A stretch of DNA of 64,000 nt from Gloeobacterales cyanobacterium (lineage in GTDB: Bacteria > Cyanobacteriota > Cyanobacteriia > Gloeobacterales > PMM-0068). The translations under genes were made by a program, and so were the position numbers. How positions within the stretch are numbered: position 1 is the first letter of the stretch; every line of letters starts with the position of its first letter. The DNA is taken from assembly GCA_038245785.1 (NCBI GenBank), contig JBBRSB010000018.1, forward strand, positions 1-64,000, written 5' to 3'. The notes beneath the pieces were generated by a model, which saw only the letters and a list, made by a program, of their open reading frames with translations, ran no database searches and had not been told where the DNA came from. Positions 9,342-19,674 of this stretch are shown here, one piece after another.

Positions 9342-10213
9342 TTCTTCAACTGCTTTAACCAAGGCAACAGATAGCGATGGACAAGCTCTGGTTGGTCATC
9401 GTGGGGACAATGCCCTGTCTGGGGAAGGGCTACAAACTCAAGATTAGGATGATGCTTCACAAACGCTTGACCTCGCTTTATAGGAGTCCAAGGATCATCT
9501 TCGCCCCAAAGGACTAAAATCGGGTTCGGAACGAGGGGTAAAAGCTCTTCGGGCAATTCATCCCCCGCAGGCCCTGTAATAATTTTTATAAAAACTCGGG
9601 CTGCCCCTAGATCTTCTGCTGGTTTGCATAGCAGGTCTACCAGTTCGTCGGTGACCGCTTCCTTGTTTCCATAGACTTGGAGCAGGGTCTTGCGTACATT
9701 CTGAGGAGAGCGAACTCGGTTAAACAAAAACTCGCCTAAACCAGGAAGCTGCAAGGCCAAGCGAAAGCCTTCCATAACTGGGCGAAGGAATGGTGGAAGC
9801 TCTTCGGGACGATGGGTAAGGCCACCCGCACAGTTGAGGAGCACGGTTCCTTTGATCGTTACGCCGATCGGTTGATGGGCACTGGCCATCAAAGCGACTA
9901 AGGAACCAATGGAATTACCGACCAGTACCACAGGTTCTGTGACAAAAGCGTTTAAAAAATCGATCAGCTGTTCTTCAAACAACTTCAGCGTGTATTCAAG
10001 ATCTGGTTTAGCGGACGCCCCGAACCCAATCCAATCCAAGGCGTAGACCTGATAGTGCTCTGCCAGAACAGGAATATTTTTGCGCCAGTGTCCTACCGAA
10101 GCACCAAATCCATGGAGTAAAACTAGAGGCTGGCCTTGACCCATGACGGTGTAGTTGATTTTATGTCCACGCCACAACCAAGTATGCGTTTCAGATTGAA
10201 CCGTAGAAACCAT
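9338..10213 (-). CDS. Alpha/beta fold hydrolase
   Basis: HGFGAS, GNSIG nucleophile elbow, WGEDDPW, GHCPHD. Confidence 0.92.
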   Translation of the reverse strand: MVSTVQSETHTWLWRGHKINYTVMGQGQPLVLLHGFGASVGHWRKNIPVLAEHYQVYALDWIGFGASAKPDLEYTLKLFEEQLIDFLNAFVTEPVVLVGNSIGSLVALMASAHQPIGVTIKGTVLLNCAGGLTHRPEELPPFLRPVMEGFRLALQLPGLGEFLFNRVRSPQNVRKTLLQVYGNKEAVTDELVDLLCKPAEDLGAARVFIKIITGPAGDELPEELLPLVPNPILVLWGEDDPWTPIKRGQAFVKHHPNLEFVALPQTGHCPHDDQPELVHRYLLPWLKQLKN

Positions 10214-10278
10214 GCTAGCCTTCCAAGAAATTCAAAAGAGGTAGTTCGTTAAGAGTAATTAACGCGCTTTTAACAGTA

Positions 10279-11100
10279 TTACCCTGCTTTTGAATTATGA
10301 AACGCAAAATTCTTTACGAGTCCCCAGTGATGAAGGCCATCTACGATGCCTTGGGTGTGTGGATAGGGACTGCGATAGAGCTGAGACATTCTTTCAAGGT
10401 TAGCCGTCAGTTCCGTGCGTGCATTACCCAAAACAGTTCCCTGACAGGGCAACTTGAGTAAACTCAGTTCTGAAGGGTGGTCTCCAAAGAAGTAACTCTC
10501 TTCTTCAGAGATTCCCAACTGTGCCCGTAGATAATCCACGGCTTCTGCTTTGTCAGCGGCCAGCACATCTAGGCACCAATCCTGGCTAGATACGATCTGC
10601 GCTTTGATTTGATGCTGTAGGAATAATTCTTCCAGATGCTGCACTACCCATTCTTGCCCAGGATCTAGGGAGAACCGCAATCTGAAAGGTCCTCCAGCAC
10701 TAGTCACATCTCCTGGTTCATCTGGCTGGAGTGCCAGTACATCGGAGGAAACCTCCTGTGTGATCTTTAGGATTTGTTCTCTGGACCAATTCTGATTCAG
10801 TTCATTCATCCACTGCACCAAAGGAAGGTACTCCGTTCCTTCGCGTTGATACATTCCAATTCCCCCTTCACAAATCAAGTAGTCTGGGGGCAATAAACCA
10901 ACGGGGCGGCGGCTGAGCATCTGCTCTAAGGCCACAACCGAGCCTAAGCTATAGTCCGTGGTGTACACCAAAAATACTTGGTCTCGGATGGTATTAAGTT
11001 GTTCATTAAAGAAGCTTAAATCTGCAGAATCTCCCGGCAACACTTGCTCTAGGCCTACTACCAAAAGCTTTTTTGCTTTTTGCCCCATCAGTATGACCAT
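10279..11100 (-). CDS. Sucrose-phosphate phosphatase-like HAD-IIB protein with degenerate active site
   Basis: PDYLIC..G, LDVL..DKAEAVDYL, GNA..EL, GIVDGLHHWG resemble SPP; motif I reads VVGLEQ and motif IV GDHPSE. Confidence 0.75.
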   Translation of the reverse strand: MVILMGQKAKKLLVVGLEQVLPGDSADLSFFNEQLNTIRDQVFLVYTTDYSLGSVVALEQMLSRRPVGLLPPDYLICEGGIGMYQREGTEYLPLVQWMNELNQNWSREQILKITQEVSSDVLALQPDEPGDVTSAGGPFRLRFSLDPGQEWVVQHLEELFLQHQIKAQIVSSQDWCLDVLAADKAEAVDYLRAQLGISEEESYFFGDHPSELSLLKLPCQGTVLGNARTELTANLERMSQLYRSPYPHTQGIVDGLHHWGLVKNFAFHNSKAG

Positions 11101-11275
11101 ATAGATACCCGTCTATCCTATAGGTCAACCTTAGCTACGGAATGTCGAACTGTCGTCAGACCCTGGACGGATTAATGAACTTCGTTAAGCGTTTGTTATT
11201 AATTATTTCTTAAGCTTCGGGTTTAGGAAGGAGGAGAAACCCTAGAAGAGATCCAAGTTTCTCCTTAAAACCTTG

Positions 11276-12865
11276 CTACATCGGACGGTAACAGCGGTAA
11301 TCTATCTCCGGGAAAATATTGTCGATATACTCGACCTTCCCTAGCCACTCACTGTCTACTTTGCCCTTATTCATATCTTCCCAAATCTTGTTGAAGCGAA
11401 GGACATGGGAGCGGGTCCGTCGGATGGCATAGGGGACCATCGTCCCTGTGCGCATGATGAAAGCCCAGTCAGAAGACTGTGCCAAAAGCACTTCCCGTGC
11501 TGCTTGATTCAAGGCTCGCCATTCCAACTCATCAACAGGTTCCCGTTTGGATAACTCAATCATCCGTTCGGTAGTTTTGTGGAGATAGGGATAGACCCAA
11601 GAGTTGGTATCGTTGAGCCAAAATTCATGGAAGCCCTTGGCTCCCCAACTAGATTGGGCCGGATTGGCTACCTGTTGGGTAGGGTTATGTTGGAGATAGT
11701 CTGCAAGGTTGGTCATTTGATAGACGCCTTGGTCATAGTACGACTTGCGGATTAGGTAATCGATAAACCAAGGACCTTCGTACCACCAGTGCCCGAAAAG
11801 CTCGGCATCGTAGGGACTGACCACAATTGGTTCACGACCCATCACCCCATGCAGATACTCAACCTGGCGTTGGCGATTAAACATAAAGTTGCTGGCATGA
11901 TCCGCTGCTTTTTCTCTCGCCCAGTAGGGGTCGTAGAGATCTTTTTGGTCTAAACCACCTGTCCTGCTAGTGATTTTGTGATACTTGATGCCTGTATTCT
12001 TGCGCGTGCCATTGGGAATAATGTAGGGCTTGATGTATTCGTATTCCGCTTCGTAGCCCAGGTCTTTGTAAAATTCACGATAGACCGGATCGCCGGGATA
12101 ACCAACTTCAGAGGACCAAACTTGCTGCGAGGATTCGTAATCCCGCCCAAAGGCAGCCACACCCGTAGGGGTGAAAATGGGCGCATAGGCTCCATAGCGA
12201 GGGCGAGGAGTGGCGTAGAGAATGCCATGGGCATCGGTTATGAAATAGCGCAGACCAACATCAGCGAGCATCCGCTCCAAGCCAGGATAATAGGCGCATT
12301 CAGGTAACCAGATTCCTGCGGGAGCACGACCAAAAGCTTCTCCGTAGGAATCCACGGCTACTTTGAGCTGGGCCCAAACCGCCTGAGGATACATCTGCAT
12401 TAAAGGGAGATAACCGTGGGTTGCGCCACAGGTCAAAATGTCTAAATTCCCTGAGTCCTGATACTTTTTAAAGGCTGTTACTAGGTTGCCGTTATAGCGT
12501 TCAACGGTTTCACGTACAGTTTTTAGGCATTGGGCATTGTACTCAGCGAGATAGTGCAAATGGCCGTGGGTGCTCGTTCTATCTAATTCTTTTTCAGCCA
12601 GTTCCTGGGTAAGCGTCAAGTGTTCATCAAACTTTTCTTGAAGGTAGTGGTCCTGAAGCATCGCTACCAAAGGGGGCGTCATGGACATGGTTAGTTTGAA
12701 ATTAATCCCGTCAGCGGCTAATCCCTCAAACATGTTGATCAGAGGAACATACGTCTCCATGATCGCTTCAAACAACCATTCTTCTTCCAGAACATAATCA
12801 CTTTCTGGGTGGCGAACAAAGGGCAAATGAGCATGAAGCACCAACGCCAAATATCCCAGGGCCAT
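11276..12865 (-). CDS. GH57 family 1,4-alpha-glucan branching enzyme (DUF1957)
   Basis: HAHLPFV, GIWLPECAY, PYDAELFGHWWYEGP, LAQSSDWAF. Confidence 0.95.
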   Translation of the reverse strand: MALGYLALVLHAHLPFVRHPESDYVLEEEWLFEAIMETYVPLINMFEGLAADGINFKLTMSMTPPLVAMLQDHYLQEKFDEHLTLTQELAEKELDRTSTHGHLHYLAEYNAQCLKTVRETVERYNGNLVTAFKKYQDSGNLDILTCGATHGYLPLMQMYPQAVWAQLKVAVDSYGEAFGRAPAGIWLPECAYYPGLERMLADVGLRYFITDAHGILYATPRPRYGAYAPIFTPTGVAAFGRDYESSQQVWSSEVGYPGDPVYREFYKDLGYEAEYEYIKPYIIPNGTRKNTGIKYHKITSRTGGLDQKDLYDPYWAREKAADHASNFMFNRQRQVEYLHGVMGREPIVVSPYDAELFGHWWYEGPWFIDYLIRKSYYDQGVYQMTNLADYLQHNPTQQVANPAQSSWGAKGFHEFWLNDTNSWVYPYLHKTTERMIELSKREPVDELEWRALNQAAREVLLAQSSDWAFIMRTGTMVPYAIRRTRSHVLRFNKIWEDMNKGKVDSEWLGKVEYIDNIFPEIDYRCYRPM

Positions 12866-12891
12866 GTAAACCTCCTACGCTGCGATGCGCC

Positions 12892-12928
12892 AAAAAACCA
12901 AAAAACAAGGGGGGCCTATACCCCCCCT
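12892..12928 (-). terminator. Intrinsic terminator-like hairpin between DUF4912 and GH57 genes
   Basis: Minus strand: GGGGGG-tataggc-CCCCC stem-loop followed by TTGTTTTTTGGTTTTTT. Confidence 0.65.
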
Positions 12929-12941
12929 ATTAGACCAGTAA

Positions 12942-14180
12942 CTAGTACGTCTCGAGCACCATTTCTTCTTTCGTGTTGGTATTGCGTACGGGTGTATCCC
13001 GAAGGAAGTTCATCGTGATCGAACGACTCTGTTCTCCATCCTCGGCTACAGCTACAATCGGCTGACCGATAAAGCCATCAGGGAAGTGGTATTGGAAGCG
13101 GAATGTGCCATCAGGATTCAGCTTTACCGGCTTGCCTGCAATCGTGACAGAGGCAGTAGGCTCTGTTGCCCCGTAAACAATGAGTTCGGCGTCAGCAACC
13201 AGCCAGAAAGAGTGGGCGCGGGCTGGAGCCGCAGTGACAGAGAAAAGTTCGGAAGCTCCCATGAATCCCATACCAGAGAGCCCGATGCCAGAGAAGGAAG
13301 TAGGAACAGCACCTGCCAGTCCCACACCAGACACCATCTGTTGAGAACCAAACAGCGAACCTGGGTTGACACCCACTTGGGTGGCCATGTACTCGAGCAA
13401 GGATTGGTGCGTACCCGTAACGGTAGTCGTGGGTGCAGCCGCAGTTCCAAAGCCGACCCCCTGGAAAGCAGCCCGTTGCTTGGAAGGGGGTGTCAAAGAC
13501 ACGAACGTCTTACCGCGTAGGTCCGCATCAAAGGGAATGGTCAAGAAGCGGTCATCAACCCAATCAGAAGGGTAAACCGGAGGAATCTGGACAGATGCAG
13601 AGCGGGACAAAATCATGAACCCGCCGCCCTCCGTGGTGTAGCCGATATCGATAACATAGGTGCGGTCGCTAATTGGAATCGGAATGTACCACTCGCGAGC
13701 CACCTCATCACAGGGATACTCATTCATGTTGTGGGCGTTGAACCCATCGAAATAAACCTCAGTCACGTCATAAAGACGTAAGACCAGCTGCCGTCCACCT
13801 TGCCACCGCAAGTGGTCCTTATGCTCATTGGAGATGTCCCAGTAGGCATAACCCCACTGAGGGTCCCGAGGCAACAGCACAATCCGGCTTTCACCGTAGC
13901 CTCCAGGCAAGTCCCCTAGATCTTCATCCACATCATCCAGTTCAACGATCGGTTCACCGAGTCCGACGCGAAATTTAGTACTTTCCACTTGTTCCTGTGC
14001 CTCCATAGGATTGCGGCCCATACTCTGCTTCGCTTCTGATACGCGCATGGCATCCTGTATGGACTCTAAAAGTTCAGACTTGGTCATTCGACTGTATCGA
14101 GAAATTTGGTATTGCTGAGCGACCAACCGCAGTTGGCGGAGGGTCATCTCTTCAAGCGGGAGCTGTGGACGTCTAGACAT
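12942..14180 (-). CDS. DUF4912 domain protein with Rho-termination N-terminal domain
   Basis: LEEMTLRQLR..A....ISRYSRM.K.EL; RIVLLPRDPQWGYAYWD; FWLVADAELIVYGATEP. Confidence 0.9.
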   Translation of the reverse strand: MSRRPQLPLEEMTLRQLRLVAQQYQISRYSRMTKSELLESIQDAMRVSEAKQSMGRNPMEAQEQVESTKFRVGLGEPIVELDDVDEDLGDLPGGYGESRIVLLPRDPQWGYAYWDISNEHKDHLRWQGGRQLVLRLYDVTEVYFDGFNAHNMNEYPCDEVAREWYIPIPISDRTYVIDIGYTTEGGGFMILSRSASVQIPPVYPSDWVDDRFLTIPFDADLRGKTFVSLTPPSKQRAAFQGVGFGTAAAPTTTVTGTHQSLLEYMATQVGVNPGSLFGSQQMVSGVGLAGAVPTSFSGIGLSGMGFMGASELFSVTAAPARAHSFWLVADAELIVYGATEPTASVTIAGKPVKLNPDGTFRFQYHFPDGFIGQPIVAVAEDGEQSRSITMNFLRDTPVRNTNTKEEMVLETY

Positions 14181-14403
14181 GGCTTGGCCTCTACTATCTG
14201 GAATAACTTAGAAACGCAGATGATCCTCCGCGCATGCAGAACATGCACTATTTAGAAAAAATTAATCTTTTTCTTTAGTCTTACAATACCGACTGATCCC
14301 GCAGGGATCAATAGGGGATCAAGGGGATCATAGGACCCAAAATGCTTATAATCCTTACGAAGAGAGCTTTCTAGGGTGAGGAAGTATTTTTACTCATTCT
14401 TTG

Positions 14404-15189
14404 CTAGGGAACTGCGATCCCAGAGAGATCAAGCTGTAATTTTCCATCTATTTGTTCTGAGAGGGAAAGGTTAAGCTTTGCCGGTCGATCTTGAGGGTCT
14501 ATCTCCACTTCGATTACTCCCGCATAGTTCTGACCATCGGGTGGCACAATTGCAGGCAGTCCAGTGGTATAGGGATCTAGTTCTTGCCCTCTGTCATCGG
14601 AAACTTTTAACAGGTTGAATGCAGGACTGTAGAGGAAGCGCACAGAACGCCCACTCTTATTGCGGAGTACTACCTGGAGCACAATCTTGCTTCCAGTTCT
14701 CTGAGCAGACTCTACCTTAAGAAGCACCCCTTGTGCTTCTGCTTGGACTGATTGAACCTTAGTCACTGTTTCAACTTTGACAACTGCTCCTTCAGTCTTA
14801 GAGACAGGAATAGCCGGTTCGTTAGAATTTGTTTTGGGGAAATCCGGGAAGGCATCGCGATTAGGATTGATATATTCCGGGTCACGTTCGATGGCGCTTA
14901 AGCTTACTTCTTTTATAGGCGCAATGACGAAGGCTCTCTTATCTTTAGCCATCCGCGCCAGGAGGTCTTCTTCCTTGAGTAAGGCTTGCTTTCGGGGTTT
15001 TTGGCTTTTTGGGATGAATAAAGAAGGGATGGACACGTCTTTTAAGGCCGACGAGCCAAACCAGAAGGCCAGGCTGGCCATAGAGATAACAGCACCTCCC
15101 ATAGCCAATAGCAGGAACAAGAAGGGCCGTGGCATGGTAGCGGACGTTTTTGCCATGGGCTTAGTTTGCCACACTGTGGGGCTGAACAT
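14404..15189 (-). CDS. Hypothetical membrane-anchored protein with C-terminal beta-rich domain
   Basis: Long ORF with an N-terminal hydrophobic helix; no family recognised with certainty. Confidence 0.7.
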   Translation of the reverse strand: MFSPTVWQTKPMAKTSATMPRPFLFLLLAMGGAVISMASLAFWFGSSALKDVSIPSLFIPKSQKPRKQALLKEEDLLARMAKDKRAFVIAPIKEVSLSAIERDPEYINPNRDAFPDFPKTNSNEPAIPVSKTEGAVVKVETVTKVQSVQAEAQGVLLKVESAQRTGSKIVLQVVLRNKSGRSVRFLYSPAFNLLKVSDDRGQELDPYTTGLPAIVPPDGQNYAGVIEVEIDPQDRPAKLNLSLSEQIDGKLQLDLSGIAVP

Positions 15190-15275
15190 CCAGTCTCACA
15201 AGCCAGCTCACGGCTCACCGAATCTTGTTTTCGCAACAAAGCTTTACGTTAAGATAGGATTTTAGCGCAACCTCT

Positions 15276-15473
15276 ATGGACTCTCCCCAAGAAGTCATTT
15301 GTAGCTGTACTTTGGTGACCTACGGCCAGGTTTATAAGCTGGCCCAACAAAATCTCAGCTTTGATGACATCGTTCGCCGCAGCGGAGCCTGTTCAGGTTG
15401 TGGCAGTTGTCAGTTTGAGGTGGAAACCTTAATCGAAGAGGTAGGTTCCACCATGTTGCACGAAGGTTTGTGA
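15276..15473 (+). CDS. BFD-like [2Fe-2S]-binding protein
   Basis: ICSC...GCGSC cysteine pattern in 65 aa. Confidence 0.8.
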   Translation: MDSPQEVICSCTLVTYGQVYKLAQQNLSFDDIVRRSGACSGCGSCQFEVETLIEEVGSTMLHEGL

Positions 15474-15578
15474 TTGGGTCCCATTTTGAATATCGCAAGA
15501 CATCGCGTCTCTACCGAACGCAAACGGGGGATGGGACGATCAGGCAGAATGTCATGCCCACCCAGAAAACAAAATTTC

Positions 15579-17057
15579 CTAGGTATCGGCAGAATTTGCA
15601 ATCTGACCAGCCAAGGCCAAACGCTTCGCCACCACCTTGCGCTTTAGCAATAACGCGATAGTTGGCACCAATTCTGGTCCACTCTTGGTTCCTGTAATTG
15701 CCATACGCAAGGTTTTCATGACCAAACCCTTTTTCACTCCTAGCACGCTGATCTGTTCATTAATTGCTGCTTGAATTTTTTCCCCCAAAGCTTTCCAGTT
15801 GCCATCCAGGTCCTCCTGTTCCCATGCCTGAAAAAGCTGTTCAAACGCAAGAACAATCGCTGATACACCTGCTTGTTTCAGATGGGCTAGAGCTTCTGGC
15901 TCGTAGGTAGGCTCCACAAAGAAAGTCCGAGCCATCTCCGGCGCTTCTTTCACATTATTGAGACTTTGGCCTAAGAGTACACACAAGCCTTCTAACCACA
16001 CCGAATCATCTGGAACGTCATATCCTGCCGCCTGCCACAACGGGACGAGCTGTGCGCTTAATTGTGAAGGCGTCAAATGTCGAAGATATTGGGCATTGAT
16101 CCAGTTGAGTTTATCCCAACCAAATTTAGCTCCTGCTTTATTAACGCGGTCAAAGCTAAAGTGTTGGGCAGCCTGTTCCAGACTAAAGATTTCCTCCATT
16201 GCTCCCTCAGGCGGCGACCAGCCTAGCAGCGTCATATAGTTGGCAAGGGCCTCGGCAGAGTATCCCATCGCCTGGAAATCACCGATGGAGGTCACCCCAT
16301 CTCGTTTAGAAAGTTTGGCTCCTGCTTGATTAAGTATCAATGGGGTATGCCCAAACTCAGGGACAGTCGCACCTAGGGCCTCATAGAGCAGGATTTGCTT
16401 CGGCGTATTACTAATGTGGTCTTCCCCTCGAATCACATGGCTGATGCACATGTCAATGTCATCGACCACCACCACAAAGTTGTAGAGAGGCTGACCAATA
16501 TCACTGCCCTCGGCTGCACGGGCAATAACCATGTCACCGCCCAGGTCTCGACCTTTCCAGACAACTTGGCCCCGCACCAGATCATTCCAAGCAATTTCAC
16601 GGTCATCCTGGATCTTGAAGCGAATCACAGGCTTGCGCCCTTCTGTTTTGTAAGCAGCTTCTTGCTCCGCCGTTAAGTTTCGATGACGGTTATCATAACG
16701 CGGAGCCTCATGGTTTGCCTTTTGGGCTTCCCGCATCGCATCAAGTTCTTCGGGGGTGTCATAGGCCCGATAGACTATCCCTTGGTCGAGCAGTTCTTGG
16801 ATCTTCTGACGATAGAGGTCCATCCGCTTGCTTTGAAAGAACGGTCCCTCATCCCAGTTCAAGCCCAGCCATTTCAGACCCTCAAGAATATTTTCTGTAA
16901 ATTCTGGGCGAGAACGCTCCAGATCGGTATCTTCAATCCTCAGAACAAATTGCCCCTGATTGTGACGAGCAAAGAGGTAGTTGAATACAGCGGTGCGGGC
17001 AGTCCCGATATGGAGATTTCCGGTGGGAGAAGGAGCGATACGGACACGTACAGTCAT
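15579..17057 (-). CDS. gltX: Glutamate--tRNA ligase
   Basis: [13 protein letters not shown] (HIGH-like), [19 protein letters not shown]. Confidence 0.98.
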   Translation of the reverse strand: MTVRVRIAPSPTGNLHIGTARTAVFNYLFARHNQGQFVLRIEDTDLERSRPEFTENILEGLKWLGLNWDEGPFFQSKRMDLYRQKIQELLDQGIVYRAYDTPEELDAMREAQKANHEAPRYDNRHRNLTAEQEAAYKTEGRKPVIRFKIQDDREIAWNDLVRGQVVWKGRDLGGDMVIARAAEGSDIGQPLYNFVVVVDDIDMCISHVIRGEDHISNTPKQILLYEALGATVPEFGHTPLILNQAGAKLSKRDGVTSIGDFQAMGYSAEALANYMTLLGWSPPEGAMEEIFSLEQAAQHFSFDRVNKAGAKFGWDKLNWINAQYLRHLTPSQLSAQLVPLWQAAGYDVPDDSVWLEGLCVLLGQSLNNVKEAPEMARTFFVEPTYEPEALAHLKQAGVSAIVLAFEQLFQAWEQEDLDGNWKALGEKIQAAINEQISVLGVKKGLVMKTLRMAITGTKSGPELVPTIALLLKRKVVAKRLALAGQIANSADT

Positions 17058-17121
17058 GATGGAGCGCTAAAGGGCCTTTCCATTGTATGTAGAGAAAGCC
17101 CTCTGCTAAACGCTGAATTCT

Positions 17122-17748
17122 TTACTTCACGTAGAAATTGAAGGTGTGACCATTACTGGTGATCGGTATGTATTGGGTCGTGCCTAAAGGAGGAAAAATC
17201 TGAGACTGGAACTGGCGTAGAGCCGTGCATTCCTCAGGATGGAAAGGTTTTGCTACGGGAATATCATTCCATCCCAGAACAAAAGAGCCCCCTGTACGCA
17301 GAATCTTATAACATCCTCCAAATGCATTTTTAGTTTGCTCTTTGGTATTGAGCCCCCAACCAAAAACGCCATTACAAACAATCACATCAAAATAGTTTTC
17401 TGCGAAGTACGTACCTATATGCTCTATGGAATCTACGATATGACGGCCTTTGGAACCATATGTACTTTTAGAAGCATCAAAGTCAATAGTCCAATACTCT
17501 TTGCCTGCAAAAAACTTCTTATAGTGCCGCGTATACCATTCGCAGCCGACGAACAGAACTCTATGGGTATTCTGCTGAGAAGCCAGATAGGGAATAATAA
17601 TTTGCTCTAAAATGCGGCGGTCATCTGTTCTGATGGAAATCGTAAGACCCAGAGAATTTCTTACCCTGAAGGCAATATTTTTCAGCTCTTGAGGCAATAT
17701 TCCCTTTAACGTCTCTGTAAGTCCTGTCTGCCTTCCTGATGCATCCAT
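17122..17748 (-). CDS. Class I SAM-dependent methyltransferase
   Basis: VLFVGC, YWTID, FDVIVCNGVFGWG, LRTGG.FVLGWN. Confidence 0.8.
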   Translation of the reverse strand: MDASGRQTGLTETLKGILPQELKNIAFRVRNSLGLTISIRTDDRRILEQIIIPYLASQQNTHRVLFVGCEWYTRHYKKFFAGKEYWTIDFDASKSTYGSKGRHIVDSIEHIGTYFAENYFDVIVCNGVFGWGLNTKEQTKNAFGGCYKILRTGGSFVLGWNDIPVAKPFHPEECTALRQFQSQIFPPLGTTQYIPITSNGHTFNFYVK

Positions 17749-17873
17749 AGCAGTCTCCTATACCTATGGCAAGGTATCAAAACATCCTCTTAAAGAAGAG
17801 AAGCTGTGTAATTATTAGTAGGCTTAACATCTAAATGTAAACAGGAGGTTAATAGAGTTCTTTCACAATCGAT

Positions 17874-17901
17874 CCCCCCGTTCCCCCCTTAGTAAGGGGG
17901 G
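17874..17901. repeat. Short dispersed palindromic repeat (CCCCCCTT-N3-AAGGGGGG)
   Basis: cccccc gtt cccccctt agt aagggggg; related copy at 20810-20852. Confidence 0.65.
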
Positions 17902-17960
17902 CAATGCCATTTACAGCTTAAAGTTCTCTTTTGGTAGGGGGGATCTTGCAATATTGAAAG

Positions 17961-18866
17961 TTAGCAATAATGCGCAAAAGAATCTTTAGGGGCCAGTCCC
18001 TGAAAAATTTCAGGATGGATTACTTCCGCTACGATTTCCAGCGAATCTACTAAGCGAGGACCGGGTCGATTGAAATAGCTATTGCCATCGGCAGCATAAA
18101 CCCGCCTGTTTTGGACGGCCTTCAGTTCAGGCCAGGCAGGATGCGCAGCAAGAATAGGCATTTCTTGGATCGTACGCTCCAGAGAAAACCCACAGGGCAT
18201 CACCAAAATCACTTCCGGATCAAAATCAACTAAGCTGTCCCAATCCATCCTGTGGGAGGGAGCTGACGTGACATCCATCGGGATGCCCCCTGCTAAATGC
18301 ACCAATTCAGGATTCCATTGACCAGCACTATAGAGCGGCTCAATCCACTCCAACAGCGCTACTTTGACAGGGGGTAATGGGCGCACTTTTTCTACCACCT
18401 GGGCAACCCGTTGGCGCAAATGGGCAATCACCTTGATCGCTCGTTCAGGATATCCTGCGGCTTGGGCAATGGCTTGAATACTCTCATACATTTCTTCGAG
18501 TGAGGTTGGTTCGACAGAGAGAAGCTGGGGCCGGGGATTTAGCGTAGCTACCACCCTTTCTACCAGCGGATAGGAAACGGCACATACATCGCACAATTTC
18601 TGAGTCAGGACTAAATCAGGTTTGAGTGCTTTAAAAGTCTCGGTATCCAGAGCATATAGACCATCAGCCTTTTCAAACCTCGCGTTGACTTGCGTTTCAA
18701 TAGAAGCGCTGCTGGCATTGGCATCGATGGAACTGGACGTGAGACGGGGCTTCGTCTTTGCAGAATCTGGATAGTCGCATTCATGGGTAACTCCCACCGT
18801 CTCAGCCTCTAAATGCAGGACCGCCAGGACTTCGGTCAGGCTAGGTAGTAGGGAGATAATGCGCAC
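17961..18866 (-). CDS. Cobalamin/iron-siderophore-type ABC substrate-binding family protein
   Basis: RIISLLPS.TE, GVTHECDYP, LTQ.LCDVCAV, YFNRPGPRLVDSLE. Confidence 0.88.
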   Translation of the reverse strand: MRIISLLPSLTEVLAVLHLEAETVGVTHECDYPDSAKTKPRLTSSSIDANASSASIETQVNARFEKADGLYALDTETFKALKPDLVLTQKLCDVCAVSYPLVERVVATLNPRPQLLSVEPTSLEEMYESIQAIAQAAGYPERAIKVIAHLRQRVAQVVEKVRPLPPVKVALLEWIEPLYSAGQWNPELVHLAGGIPMDVTSAPSHRMDWDSLVDFDPEVILVMPCGFSLERTIQEMPILAAHPAWPELKAVQNRRVYAADGNSYFNRPGPRLVDSLEIVAEVIHPEIFQGLAPKDSFAHYC

Positions 18867-18875
18867 AGAAAAAAC

Positions 18876-19130
18876 CTATCCGGCGAAAGTTTGCAATCCC
18901 TGCTGCAGAAAACTTAAAAGTAAAAAGGCCACAATCGGAGAAAGGTCAAGTCCACCAATAGGTGGTATGACTTGGCGGAAAAGATTGAGATAGGGGTCCG
19001 TTAACTGAGCCAGCGTGGCCCACGGCTGACCGGACCAATCCTGGATAAACCAAGTGGCGAGAACCCGGATAGTCAGGATGACAATGTAAATTTGGAGAAA
19101 ATTTAAAAGCGTAATAACAATGGATTCCAT
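18876..19130 (-). CDS. YggT/YlmG family membrane protein
   Basis: LTDPYLNLFRQVIPPIGGLDLSPIVAF. Confidence 0.92.
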   Translation of the reverse strand: MESIVITLLNFLQIYIVILTIRVLATWFIQDWSGQPWATLAQLTDPYLNLFRQVIPPIGGLDLSPIVAFLLLSFLQQGLQTFAG

Positions 19131-19220
19131 CTGAGTTTTTGCCTTCAGTTGAGACTCTTCTACCAGCATAATACTTTTGACTTTGTCATCGCCCCTAATG
19201 GCTGCGAATTCTTTCAGGGC

Positions 19221-19598
19221 TCAGAGCATCTCCCCATGAGACGGAGACTCTTCTTCAATCTTAGTATGATTGCTGGTGCCTAGTTTTCCTCTAGCTTGCT
19301 CGATCGCCTCATTAAGTTGGGCAATTTTGACATTAATACTCTGGCGAGCATCGCTAATCACTTGGTCCGCGCTTTGCTGTACTTCATCCAAAACGACCTG
19401 TGCGTTAGCCGTTGCCAAAGTGCCATCGTTTCTTCTGTTCTTGCTCGCTCTGCGGATGCGCTTTGCTGCATCAGACTTCAAGGGTTCTGCTTCTGGGGAT
19501 GGAGCGGATAGTAAATATCCCATCAGTCCCCCAGCGAGTCCACCTAAAAGAGCACCAATGGCAAGGCCACTGTAGAAACGGTCTTGGCTATCTGCCAT
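19221..19598 (-). CDS. Hypothetical membrane-anchored protein (YtxH-like, upstream of YggT)
   Basis: FYSGLAIGALLGGLAGGLMG anchor; ARQSINVKIAQLNEAI coiled coil. Confidence 0.75.
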   Translation of the reverse strand: MADSQDRFYSGLAIGALLGGLAGGLMGYLLSAPSPEAEPLKSDAAKRIRRASKNRRNDGTLATANAQVVLDEVQQSADQVISDARQSINVKIAQLNEAIEQARGKLGTSNHTKIEEESPSHGEML

Positions 19599-19674
19599 GG
19601 TTCTTCCCTCTCTCTACCTCTTTCAACAATCTTAGCAACCTTATCAACTTTCTAGGACAGCCCTTGCTAAGCCT

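Noticed and set aside
11950..17610. Many antisense or alternate-frame ORFs within GH57, DUF4912, gltX and the methyltransferase (and similar ones elsewhere)
   Set aside because: Shadow ORFs of well-supported genes with no independent motifs.
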